Positions 7,859 to 16,237 of a stretch of DNA of 24,000 bases are shown here, in pieces. Location of the stretch: contig DATFSZ010000118.1 of the NCBI GenBank assembly GCA_035262365.1, positions 16,374 through 40,373 on the forward strand, written 5' to 3'. Position numbers and translations under genes: made by a program. Under the pieces are notes generated by a model. That model saw only the letters and a program-made list of their open reading frames with translations, was not told the DNA's origin and made no database searches. Source of the DNA: Candidatus Binataceae bacterium (lineage in GTDB: Bacteria > Desulfobacterota > Binatia > Binatales > Binataceae). Positions within the stretch are counted from its first letter, which is position 1; each line of letters starts with the position of its first letter.

Positions 7859-8771
7859 GCCTCAACCTCCCGCTGGCCCACGCCCGACCGACCAGAAAGA
7901 TCTTGTGCGGCGCGGACAACCTAAACTTCCCATCCATTACACGATAGCGCGACTTGACGATGCGCTGCAGCAGGGCGCTGTAAATCAGCCGCATTGCCTC
8001 GGCAGTCAGCAGGCTGGCACGATCCTCATCGGGCAACGCGGCCTCGGCCACCCGGTAAAATTCCCGTGCGCGCCGCGCCTGGAATTCCATCAGGCGCTCA
8101 AATCGCTCGCTGTGCTGCCCGCTCAGCAATTCTTCTTCCTTGACCGCGAAACGCTCGAGGTCCTCCAGCGGCAGGTAGATTCGTCCGCGCCCGGCGTCCT
8201 CGCGTACGTCCCGAATTATGTTGGTGAGCTGAAAGGCGAGGCCAAGGTTCTCGGCATAAGTGCGGGCCTGCGGATTGCGGTAGCCGAAGATCTCGATACA
8301 GATCAGTCCCACCGCCGACGCGACGCGATAGCAGTACAGCCGCAACTCGGCGAAGGTACCGTAGCGCTTGCGTATGAGGTCCATCTCCACGCCGTCGATG
8401 ATTTCCTCGAAGTAACGCCTGGGAATTGCAAAACGGCGCACGCTGTCAGCCAGGGCACGCGAGATGGCGCGCGTCGGAGCACCGTTGTAAACGTGCTCGA
8501 GTTCCTCGCGCCAGCGCTGGAGCAAAGCCGCCGGCTCGCGCACTTCCTCATCGTCCGCGATATCGTCGACAAAGCGGCAGAATGCGTACGTCGCGTAAAG
8601 CGCGCGGCGGCGTTGCGCGGGGAGCAGCTTGAAGGCGTAGTAGAAATTGGAGGAGGACTTGCGAGTGATTTTGGCGCAGCGCGCGAAGTCCGCTGCCAGG
8701 CCAGCGTAAAAATCCGTCAGGGCGCCGATCTCGTCGGCCCGCTCAAACACCGACCCTGCCTCGCAGCGCAT
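7845..8771 (-). CDS. hpnD: Presqualene diphosphate synthase HpnD (squalene/phytoene synthase fold)
   Basis: NFYYAFKLLP, Asp-rich FCRFVDDIADD and NIIRDVREDAGRGRIYLP motifs (PF00494 expected). Start is uncertain: ATG 8771 (29-nt overlap with hpnC) or GTG 8750 (GAGG 8 nt upstream, 8-nt overlap). The GTG at 8870 given by the ORF track is unlikely. Confidence 0.85.
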   Translation of the reverse strand: MRCEAGSVFERADEIGALTDFYAGLAADFARCAKITRKSSSNFYYAFKLLPAQRRRALYATYAFCRFVDDIADDEEVREPAALLQRWREELEHVYNGAPTRAISRALADSVRRFAIPRRYFEEIIDGVEMDLIRKRYGTFAELRLYCYRVASAVGLICIEIFGYRNPQARTYAENLGLAFQLTNIIRDVREDAGRGRIYLPLEDLERFAVKEEELLSGQHSERFERLMEFQARRAREFYRVAEAALPDEDRASLLTAEAMRLIYSALLQRIVKSRYRVMDGKFRLSAPHKIFLVGRAWASGRLRRART

Positions 8772-9654
8772 TCCAGCCCAGGCGCAAGTAGTCCGCCTTG
8801 CGAAGCTCGGGACGACGGCGAAAGACGTCGTAGCCGGCCGCCTCGATCGCGCGCAGGATTGCCAATCCACCGCCGGCGAACATCAGGATGTCGCGCCGCA
8901 GCCGCGGTCCGACCAGAGCGTGCAGCGCTGCGCCGGAGCTGAGCAGGCCGCGCGCAAACTCCACCTCATGGCGCATCAGCGCGAGGAATCGTGCATTGAT
9001 CGCGCCCGCGCTCAGTTCTTGTATTGAATAATTAAATCGGGCGATATCCTGGAGCGGCAAATAGACCCGCCCCTTTTCCAGATCGATCGCGATATCCTGC
9101 CAGAAGTTGGCCAGTTGCAGTCCGCTGCAAATGCGATCCGACAACTCCTGCCGCCGGGCATCGCCGAACCCGAACAGATATAGCACCAGCCGTCCCACCG
9201 GGTTGGCCGAATAGCGCGCGTATCCGAGCAAGTCGTCCATTGTCTCGAAGCCCTTGAAGTTTACATCGGAGCGAAACGCCCGCAGTAAATCAGCAAAGGG
9301 CTGGCGCGGTATATCGAAGCGGCGCACGGTGTCGGCCAATGCCACGAACACCGGATGGCGCGGGGCGCCGGCATAGGCAAGGTCCAGCTCCCGCTCCCAT
9401 CCGTCGAGCTTGGCCAGGTCATGTTCTTCGTCTGCAAAGTCATCGGCGATCCGGGCGTAGGCGTAGATTGCGTACATGTGCGGGCGCATCGCGCGCGGCA
9501 TGAGCCACGACGCAATAGTGAAATTCTCATAATGAGATCGCGCCAGATGCGCGCAGAACTCGTATGCCTGCTCCAGACTAACCTGCGCTTGCCCCGTCTC
9601 GTCCGGTCCCGCGGCACAGGCTTCCGGCTCGTGATTTATTTGGGACTGGCCCAT
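8743..9654 (-). CDS. hpnC: Hydroxysqualene synthase HpnC (squalene/phytoene synthase fold), 303 aa
   Basis: HYENFTIASWLMP, YARIADDFADEE and ANFWQDIAIDLEKGRVYLP motifs. Paired with hpnD and hpnE as in the three-gene HpnCDE squalene route. ATG 9654 has no obvious SD. Confidence 0.88.
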   Translation of the reverse strand: MGQSQINHEPEACAAGPDETGQAQVSLEQAYEFCAHLARSHYENFTIASWLMPRAMRPHMYAIYAYARIADDFADEEHDLAKLDGWERELDLAYAGAPRHPVFVALADTVRRFDIPRQPFADLLRAFRSDVNFKGFETMDDLLGYARYSANPVGRLVLYLFGFGDARRQELSDRICSGLQLANFWQDIAIDLEKGRVYLPLQDIARFNYSIQELSAGAINARFLALMRHEVEFARGLLSSGAALHALVGPRLRRDILMFAGGGLAILRAIEAAGYDVFRRRPELRKADYLRLGWNALRGRVGV

Positions 9655-9676
9655 GCTGCGTCAAGGAAGAAATGAG

Positions 9677-9735
9677 AAAAAAGAAGTGAGAAGCGAGAGC
9701 AAGCAACTTCCGGTCTGCCTCTCACTCCTCACTTC
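9677..9735 (-). terminator. Rho-independent terminator or attenuator between dxr and hpnC
   Basis: 17-bp stem (9683-9699 with 9719-9735), 19-nt loop. On the minus-strand RNA it is followed by UUUUUU (9682-9677) and then CUCAUUUCUUCC. The two DNA-level mismatches (C9694/A9724 and A9691/C9727) become G-U wobbles only in the minus-strand transcript. Confidence 0.55.
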
Positions 9736-9754
9736 CTTCGCCTCACTTCCCTAC

Positions 9755-10909
9755 TTAGGCGGCCATCAACTCCCGAGTCATGGCGCGCGCCCAGCTATCG
9801 GTCTCCAACACGTCTTCGAGGCTGCGCGCGCCGCGTCCATGATGACGCCCCATCACGGTTTCGATATGACGGGCAATCTCCAGGAAGCGAATCTTCTTTG
9901 CCAGAAATCCGGCTACCAGCTCCTCGTTGGCGGCGTTTAGGCAGGCGGGCATCGTACCACCCGCGGCGAGCGCCTCGTACGCCAGGCGCAGACAAGGGAA
10001 GCGGCCCAGGTCGGGCTGCTCGAAAGTCAGTGTGCCGCAATCCACCAGCGACAGAGGCTGCAGATGGTCCATCGGCAGCCGTTCGGGAAACGCCAGCGCA
10101 TAGGCGACGGGAATCGCCATATCGGGTATCGCCATCTCGGCCAGCACCGAGCCGTCGATCATCTCGACCATGGAGTGGACGATGCTCTGCGGATGGATAA
10201 TGACAGAGATCCGGGAGGAGTCCAGGCCGAACAGCCAGCGCGCCTCGATCACTTCCAGTCCCTTGTTCATCAGGGTGGCGGAATCGATGGTGATCTTCGC
10301 GCCCATCTGCCAGGTCGGATGCTTGAGCGCGTCAGCCACGGTTACCGTCTCAAAGCGATCGATCGGCAGGGTGCGAAACGGACCACCGGACGCGGTCAGG
10401 ATGATTCGTTTGACGGTGGAGCGCCGGCGCCCCTCGATACATTGGAACAGCGCGTTATGTTCGCTGTCCACCGGCAGCAGGCGCACCTTGTGGCGCTCGG
10501 CCGCACGCGTTACCACTTCGCCCGCAACCACCAGCACTTCTTTGTTGGCGAATGCGATATCCTTGCCCGCCTCAATAGCGCGCAGCGTCGGGCGCAGCCC
10601 CAGCGCACCCACCATCGCCGAGACCACCAACTGGGCGGCGGGCCAGGTGGCAACGGAAATGGCGCCATCGAGTCCAGTCACTATTTCCACGCGCTCCGCG
10701 CCAAGCAGCTCTTTAAGCCGCAAGGCTGCCTCGCCGTCGGCCACCGATACCAGCTCGGGGCGGAAGCGGCGAATCTGCTCGGCCAGCAGTTCCACGTTGC
10801 GCCCGGCGGCGATGGCGCCGACACGGAATTGCTCGCTGAAGCGGCTGACGACATCGAGCGTGGTTACACCAACTGAGCCGGTGGATCCCAGAACCGCAAT
10901 CGTCTTCAT
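9755..10909 (-). CDS. dxr: 1-deoxy-D-xylulose 5-phosphate reductoisomerase, 384 aa
   Basis: MKTIAVLGSTGSVG NADPH loop, LLPVDSEHNALFQC, LTASGGPFR and HPTWQMGAKITIDSATLMNKGLEVIEA are all canonical Dxr blocks. ATG lies 6 nt after the shc stop. Confidence 0.93.
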   Translation of the reverse strand: MKTIAVLGSTGSVGVTTLDVVSRFSEQFRVGAIAAGRNVELLAEQIRRFRPELVSVADGEAALRLKELLGAERVEIVTGLDGAISVATWPAAQLVVSAMVGALGLRPTLRAIEAGKDIAFANKEVLVVAGEVVTRAAERHKVRLLPVDSEHNALFQCIEGRRRSTVKRIILTASGGPFRTLPIDRFETVTVADALKHPTWQMGAKITIDSATLMNKGLEVIEARWLFGLDSSRISVIIHPQSIVHSMVEMIDGSVLAEMAIPDMAIPVAYALAFPERLPMDHLQPLSLVDCGTLTFEQPDLGRFPCLRLAYEALAAGGTMPACLNAANEELVAGFLAKKIRFLEIARHIETVMGRHHGRGARSLEDVLETDSWARAMTRELMAA

Positions 10910-10915
10910 GGCCAG

Positions 10916-12880
10916 TTACCCCGCCGCTTTCTCCTTAAGCCGCGCTTTAAATCTACCCAGCGCCATCAAGGGGAAATAGTGGGGGTACATGTAGTAGCGC
11001 AAATAGAAATGATTAGGGAAGCCCGTGCCCGTGGATTCGGTCTCGTCCCACGTGCCCTGATCGTTCTGGCGCTCCAGCAGCCAATCCACTCCGCGCGTTA
11101 CGCTATCGCTAATCGCGTCTTCGCCGGCCAGCAGGCCAATCAGCGCCCATGCGGTCTGGCTCGCGGTGCTCGTGCCGCGCCCGCGCCATTCGCGATCCTT
11201 GTCGCTCAGCGGACTCTCGCCCCATCCGCCGTCCGAGTTCTGGTGGTCCTTGAGCCACTGCACGGCGCGCCGGATCCACGGCTGCTCCGGATCGACTCCG
11301 ATTGCGCGCAAGCCGCCCAGCGCCGAGAAGGTGCCATAGATGAAATTGACACCCCATCTGCCCCACCACGAGCCGTCCGCCTCCTGCGCCGCCTTGAGCC
11401 AGTCGATCGCGCGGCGCGCCACCGGATGCTCCGCTCGATAGCCGACCGCCGCCATCATCTCGAGCACCCGCCCGGTCAAATCGGGGCAGCTCGGATCAGT
11501 CACCGCCTCGACGTCGGCGAACGGCAGATGATTGAGCCAGGTGGAGTTGTTGTCGGCGTCGAAGGCGGCAAAACCGCCGTCGCGGGACTGCATCCCCATC
11601 ACCCAGTTGGACCCCGCGCTGATCGACCGCTCGCGCGCCGCCGCGTCGGCAAACCGCGTCGCCGCGAGCACGCACAGGATAACCGCCGAGTCGTCCACGT
11701 CGGGATAACAGTCGTTGTAGAACTCAAACGCCCATCCACCGGGTTCGAGCTTGGGCCGCTTAATCGACCAGTCGCCGCGTTTGAAGATTTGATGGTCGAT
11801 AAGCCAGCGCGTGACTTTGACCATCGACTCATCGTCGGGACTGATTCCCGACTCCAGCAGCGCCTTGGCCGCCAGGCCGGTGTCCCAGTTGGGCGATACG
11901 CAGGGCATGTACAGAATCTTGTCGCCCATGTCCCATATCAGTTCGCGGCTGGCGTCGATCGCCTTTTTGAGCACCGGATGATCGGTGCGGTAGCCGAGGC
12001 CCTTGAGCGCCATCGCGCTGAGCAGGTAGCAAGGCTCGATTCCGCCCCACGAGCCGTTGGCCTCCTGATGCTCCAGGATCCAGTTCTCCGCCGCGCGCAG
12101 CGCGCGCACACGCAGCCCCTGGATCGGATGGCGGTTGTAGCCGCGCAGCATCGCGTCGGTAAGGTTTAATATTCCGCGCAATGAGAAACGGCTTTTTGCG
12201 GCCGGCGGGCGAAAGCGCGTAAAGTGCGGCGGCTCGATATAAAGTTCCAGGACGCCAGCTTCGTAACTGACCTTGACCACCGGCTTCGCCGCTTGCAGCA
12301 GCATCAGGCCGAACAGCGTGCCGCGCGCCCAGGATGACAGCTCATAGACGTTGACCGGCGACCAATTGGGCAGCAGGCAGATTTCCACTGGCAGCGACGT
12401 GGTCGCCTCCCACGGAACCTGGCCCATCGCGGCCAGGTAAAAGCGCGCCAACGAGCCGCACTTCGCCACCCCGCCGCGGGAAAGAATCCAGCGCCGCGCC
12501 TGCGACATCTCCTCGTCGCCCGCGCGCATCCCGGCCAGCTTCAGCGCGAAGTACGCCTCGATACTGGTAGAAAGGTAGCCCTCGCCGCCCGGAAACAGAC
12601 TCCAACTACCGTCGGGCTGCTGGAGTTCCAGGATGTGCTTCTTGAGCTTGGCCTCCTCCTGGGGGTCCACACAGTCCATGAAGTGCGTGAAGATAACATA
12701 CTCGGCGTTCATCTCCGCGTTGGCTTCCAGCGGAGCATGCCAGTAGCCCTCAGGCTTCTGCAGCTTGAGCAGCGACTGTTGGGCACGGCTGATGACCTGA
12801 TCAAGGCGCAGGCCAAGTTGCCCGTTGGTGACTGCCGCAACCCCCGCCGCCGCGCCGTCAATTTGAATCGTTTCGCTCAT
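10916..12880 (-). CDS. shc: Squalene-hopene cyclase, 654 aa
   Basis: Catalytic Asp-rich motif DVDDSAV (DxDD). Multiple QW repeats (QQPDGSW, QEANGSWGG, QSRDGGF, QEADGSWWGRWG, QNSDGGWGE, QNDQGTW). Length typical of SHC. Confidence 0.93.
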   Translation of the reverse strand: MSETIQIDGAAAGVAAVTNGQLGLRLDQVISRAQQSLLKLQKPEGYWHAPLEANAEMNAEYVIFTHFMDCVDPQEEAKLKKHILELQQPDGSWSLFPGGEGYLSTSIEAYFALKLAGMRAGDEEMSQARRWILSRGGVAKCGSLARFYLAAMGQVPWEATTSLPVEICLLPNWSPVNVYELSSWARGTLFGLMLLQAAKPVVKVSYEAGVLELYIEPPHFTRFRPPAAKSRFSLRGILNLTDAMLRGYNRHPIQGLRVRALRAAENWILEHQEANGSWGGIEPCYLLSAMALKGLGYRTDHPVLKKAIDASRELIWDMGDKILYMPCVSPNWDTGLAAKALLESGISPDDESMVKVTRWLIDHQIFKRGDWSIKRPKLEPGGWAFEFYNDCYPDVDDSAVILCVLAATRFADAAARERSISAGSNWVMGMQSRDGGFAAFDADNNSTWLNHLPFADVEAVTDPSCPDLTGRVLEMMAAVGYRAEHPVARRAIDWLKAAQEADGSWWGRWGVNFIYGTFSALGGLRAIGVDPEQPWIRRAVQWLKDHQNSDGGWGESPLSDKDREWRGRGTSTASQTAWALIGLLAGEDAISDSVTRGVDWLLERQNDQGTWDETESTGTGFPNHFYLRYYMYPHYFPLMALGRFKARLKEKAAG

Positions 12881-13097
12881 GACAAATTTACTCTTGGCTC
12901 GACGCGCGTTGGCCGCAGTGGAAATGCGCCGATCAACCTCACCTTGGGCCTCTCGCTCTTCGGGGAGAGGGGATATAAAGAACAGTGCTTTGTATTCTTC
13001 ACTTACAGGCCAGGCATCCTAATGTGGGGAACCTCCAAGACCTCATTTTATTCCTTCCCCCAAGATGAGGTTTCTCTCTTCAACAAGGCGTCCTGTC

Positions 13098-13121
13098 TCC
13101 TCTCCCCGACAACGGAGAGGA
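13098..13121 (-). terminator. Hairpin 15 nt downstream of the Zn-ADH stop (possible end of the tetR-hpnH-ispA-ADH unit)
   Basis: 8-bp perfect stem tcctctcc (13098-13105) / ggagagga (13114-13121), 8-nt loop. No clear U-tract follows on the minus strand, so terminator function is uncertain. Confidence 0.3.
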
Positions 13122-13136
13122 CGAGGCTGAGAACGG

Positions 13137-14189
13137 TCAAGGAATGATCGCGCACTTCAAAACGTCCCCGCGCTCCAGCAGGTCGAACACTTGCGGCAAC
13201 TCGCTGAGCCGCTTGCGCTCATTGATAATTCTGCCCACGCCCAGCTTGCGCTCGGCCAGCAAGTCGCGCGCGCCCCTGACGTCTTCGGGCCGGAAATGGA
13301 ACGGCGCGATAAGCGTCAGACTATCGTAATGCATCCTGCGCGTATCCAACTGCACCGAGGTACCGGCCGCGCACCCGCCGAAAAACACGACGCGTCCACC
13401 GCGCCGCACGCAGCGCAAGGCACTCTCCCATCCCGAGACCTGTCCCGTCGCCTCGATCACGAGGTCGGGACCATAGCCCCCGTTTAGCGCGGCCGCTTTG
13501 GCCGCAACGTCCTCGCTGCGCGCGTCGATTACCTGATCGGCGCCCATCTCGGCGGCCCATCGCAGCCGGGAATCGCCCCGTCCCGCGACCACCACGCTGC
13601 CTGCGCCCGCGGCCTTCAGCAGGATCACGTGCAGCAGACCGAAAGCTCCCGCGCCCAACACCATGCAGGTTTCAAATCGCTGCGGACACGCGATCGCCTG
13701 CGCGTGGACCACGCAAGCCAGCGGTTCGAGCAGCGCGGCCTCCTCGAAAGGAAGGCCGGCCGGTTTCTTGAACACGTTGCGCGCCACCACATGAGCCGGC
13801 AGCAGCAGGAAATCGGCATACGCGCCCATCACCATCGTGTCGATCACGCTGATACACAGGCTTTCCTGGCCACGGCCGCAGAAAAAGCAATTACCGCATG
13901 GCGCCGTCGGCGCCGCCATCAGTTCATCGCCGGGCCTGAAACCTTCGACACCCGTGCCCACCTCGGCCACCACGCCGGAGAACTCATGGCCAAAGGGCAT
14001 CGGAAAGCTGAACAGAGGATGGCCGCGGCGATAGAACTTCAAATCGGTGCCACAACTGAGCGCGCATTTGATTTGCAGCAAGATCTCACCGGGCCCCGGG
14101 TGCGGCGCCACGGTCGGGCGCAATTCAAAATGCCGCGGCCCAACCAGGACTGCCTGGCGTGGCGCGGCGGGAGTATCGCCTGCGCTCAT
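13137..14189 (-). CDS. Zinc-dependent medium-chain alcohol/polyol dehydrogenase (sorbitol/threonine dehydrogenase-like), 350 aa
   Basis: GHEFSGVVAEVG catalytic-zinc signature, CGNCFFCGRGQESLC structural-zinc cysteines and VLGAGAFGLL NAD(P) loop. Its ATG overlaps the ispA stop (ATGA at 14186-14189). Confidence 0.85.
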   Translation of the reverse strand: MSAGDTPAAPRQAVLVGPRHFELRPTVAPHPGPGEILLQIKCALSCGTDLKFYRRGHPLFSFPMPFGHEFSGVVAEVGTGVEGFRPGDELMAAPTAPCGNCFFCGRGQESLCISVIDTMVMGAYADFLLLPAHVVARNVFKKPAGLPFEEAALLEPLACVVHAQAIACPQRFETCMVLGAGAFGLLHVILLKAAGAGSVVVAGRGDSRLRWAAEMGADQVIDARSEDVAAKAAALNGGYGPDLVIEATGQVSGWESALRCVRRGGRVVFFGGCAAGTSVQLDTRRMHYDSLTLIAPFHFRPEDVRGARDLLAERKLGVGRIINERKRLSELPQVFDLLERGDVLKCAIIP

Positions 14190-15151
14190 AGCGAGCGCTC
14201 CACCACGAAGATGGCGAGTTCGCGCAGCGCCCGCGCGCGATCGTCGAAGGCGGACAGCGCCGAAATCGCGCGCTCCTTGAGATCGTGCGCAAACCGGCGC
14301 GACTTCTCCACACCCATCAGCGCCGGGTAGGTGGCCTTGCCGTGCGCATCGTCCTTGTGCGTGCGCTTACCGAGCTGCTCGGTGGATGCGGTTACGTCCA
14401 GCAGATCGTCGATCACCTGAAAAGCCAGACCCAGCGCGCGCCCGTATTCGGACAGGGCATCGATCTGCCGGCTGTCGCCGCCGCCCAACATCCCGCCACC
14501 GCGCACGGCGGCAAGAAACAGCGCCCCGGTCTTGCGCGCGTGAAGGTACTCAAGCGTCGCCTGGTCTGTCGCCTTGCCCTCGGAGAGAATATCGAGCGCC
14601 TGCCCGATAACCATTCCCGGAGAACCGGCCGCCTGCGCAAGTTCTGCCACCACGTCCAGCACCACCGCCGCGGGCACGCGCCCGTGCGGCGAGCGCGCCA
14701 GGACTCTGAAGGCGTCGGTCAAAAGAGCGTCACCCGCCAGCGTCGCCATGGCTTCGCCGTACACCTTGTGATTGGTGGGCCGGCCGCGGCGCAGGTCGTC
14801 GTCGTCCATGCAGGGCAGATCGTCATGGATCAGAGAGTAGGTATGGATCATCTCCAGGGCGCAGGCTAGCCCCAGTGCGTCGTCAGGATGGCCCCCGACC
14901 GCCTCGCACGCCGCGATAGCCAGGACCGGCCGCAGGCGTTTGCCGCCTGCTAACAGACTGTAGCGCATCGCTTCAATCAGTTGTGATCCGGGCTCTTCGT
15001 GTGCGGCCACGGTGCGATCGAGCGCGCCCTCCATGAGTTGAGCGCGTTCCTTGAGGTAGCGTTCGATGTTGAAATCCGCCGCGCTGCCGTGGCGCGGCGT
15101 TTTGGTCTCCTGATTGGCCTTCGGGGCCGGGCGTGAGCCGGAATTAGGCAT
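14186..15151 (-). CDS. ispA: Farnesyl diphosphate synthase (type II short-chain trans-prenyl diphosphate synthase)
   Basis: IHTYSLIHDDLPCMDDDDLRRGRPTNH (FARM with a 2-residue insertion and Tyr at position -5, as in E. coli IspA) and FQVIDDLLD (SARM). ATG 15151 preferred; TTG 15166 possible. The N-terminus is about 25 residues longer than E. coli IspA. Confidence 0.82.
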   Translation of the reverse strand: MPNSGSRPAPKANQETKTPRHGSAADFNIERYLKERAQLMEGALDRTVAAHEEPGSQLIEAMRYSLLAGGKRLRPVLAIAACEAVGGHPDDALGLACALEMIHTYSLIHDDLPCMDDDDLRRGRPTNHKVYGEAMATLAGDALLTDAFRVLARSPHGRVPAAVVLDVVAELAQAAGSPGMVIGQALDILSEGKATDQATLEYLHARKTGALFLAAVRGGGMLGGGDSRQIDALSEYGRALGLAFQVIDDLLDVTASTEQLGKRTHKDDAHGKATYPALMGVEKSRRFAHDLKERAISALSAFDDRARALRELAIFVVERSL

Positions 15152-15184
15152 CGATTGTCTCAGCAAACGGCAGCGGACTTTCTC

Positions 15185-15209
15185 CGCGCCGCGGAGCAGC
15201 GGCGGCGCG
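15185..15209 (-). other. All-GC intercistronic hairpin between hpnH and ispA
   Basis: cgcgccgc (15185-15192) pairs with gcggcgcg (15202-15209), 9-nt loop. No U-tract follows, so it is more likely an mRNA structure than a terminator. Confidence 0.3.
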
Positions 15210-15220
15210 CCGCGTCAAAA

Positions 15221-16219
15221 TCAAGACACGTAGTAGCGCACCATTTTCCACGAATCCTTGAGGTTCTTGCCGAAATCCAGCGCCACGGTGCCCTCGAAGC
15301 CCGAATGCATCTTGCAGTCGCGGCAGCGAATGTCCTGCTTGGTCCGGTAGAACTCCCAATCGATAGCCTGATGCAGCTCGTCGAAGGTGCGATAATGGCC
15401 GTTGGTGATCAGGTAACAGGGTCCCTTCCATCCCTGCGGATTGCGCGTCACCGTGGTCCACGGGCTGCACTGCAGATCGCGCTCCCCGGTGAGATACTCC
15501 AGGTAAATCGGGGTGTTGATGATCTTGTGGTCCGCGGCGAGTCTCTTGACGCGTTTGAATTTCTCGGGCGTTTCGTCGGATTTGAGATAAATGTCGTTGG
15601 TCAGCACCTGGTAGTGATAGCCGGGGCTGACCAGCATACCGTCCACCCCGAACGAAGTCAGCAACTCGACCAGCTCCTCGATCTCCTCGGCGCTGGTTTC
15701 ACGGAAGACCGTGGTATTTGTCTGCACCCAGTAGCCTTTTTCCTTGAGCATCTTGATCATGCGCACGCAGGTATCGAAAACGCCGTCGCGGTCAACCACG
15801 CGGTCGTGCGTCTCGCGCATCCCGTCGATATGCACGTTGAAGCTCAGGTACGGGCTGGGCGGCACCTGCTTGACGAACCGCTCCAGCAGCAGGGCGTTGG
15901 TGCAGATCATCGTGTGGCGGCGCCGCTCGATAAGGCCCTTGGTCAAGGGCACGATATGCTTGTAGATGAGCGGCTCCCCGCCGCAGATCGAAACGATAGG
16001 AGCGCCCGCTTCCTCGGCGGCCCCCAGCGCTTCCTCCAGCGGCATCTGGTCGCGAATCGTGTCCTTGTACTCGACAATGCGCCCGCAGCCGACGCAAGCT
16101 AGATTGCATGCGTGCAGCGGTTCGAGCATCAGCACGATGGGAAAATACGTGTTCCCGGCGCGTTTTTGCCGCGTCATGTAACGCGCCAGGTCGGTCATCA
16201 GTTTGAGCCGCATACGCAT
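15221..16219 (-). CDS. hpnH: Adenosylhopane synthase, hopanoid-associated radical SAM protein HpnH, 332 aa
   Basis: YFPIVLMLEPLHACNLACVGCGRI (CX3CX2C radical-SAM cluster in the context typical of HpnH). Conserved length. Start lies 18 nt after the tetR stop. Confidence 0.88.
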   Translation of the reverse strand: MRMRLKLMTDLARYMTRQKRAGNTYFPIVLMLEPLHACNLACVGCGRIVEYKDTIRDQMPLEEALGAAEEAGAPIVSICGGEPLIYKHIVPLTKGLIERRRHTMICTNALLLERFVKQVPPSPYLSFNVHIDGMRETHDRVVDRDGVFDTCVRMIKMLKEKGYWVQTNTTVFRETSAEEIEELVELLTSFGVDGMLVSPGYHYQVLTNDIYLKSDETPEKFKRVKRLAADHKIINTPIYLEYLTGERDLQCSPWTTVTRNPQGWKGPCYLITNGHYRTFDELHQAIDWEFYRTKQDIRCRDCKMHSGFEGTVALDFGKNLKDSWKMVRYYVS

Positions 16220-16237
16220 CGCGGTTGGTTCTCCGTG

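Noticed and set aside
7845-8870. 341-aa version of hpnD starting at GTG 8870
   Set aside because: It would overlap hpnC by 128 nt, and the extra N-terminus (MDWQSCARSRRPATTSFAV...) is the out-of-frame reading of the hpnC C-terminus. ATG 8771 or GTG 8750 give a normal HpnD N-terminus.
11700-11730. The SHC catalytic motif reads DVDDSA rather than the textbook DxDDTA
   Set aside because: Thr to Ser is conservative and all three Asp residues are intact. There is no reason to infer altered chemistry.
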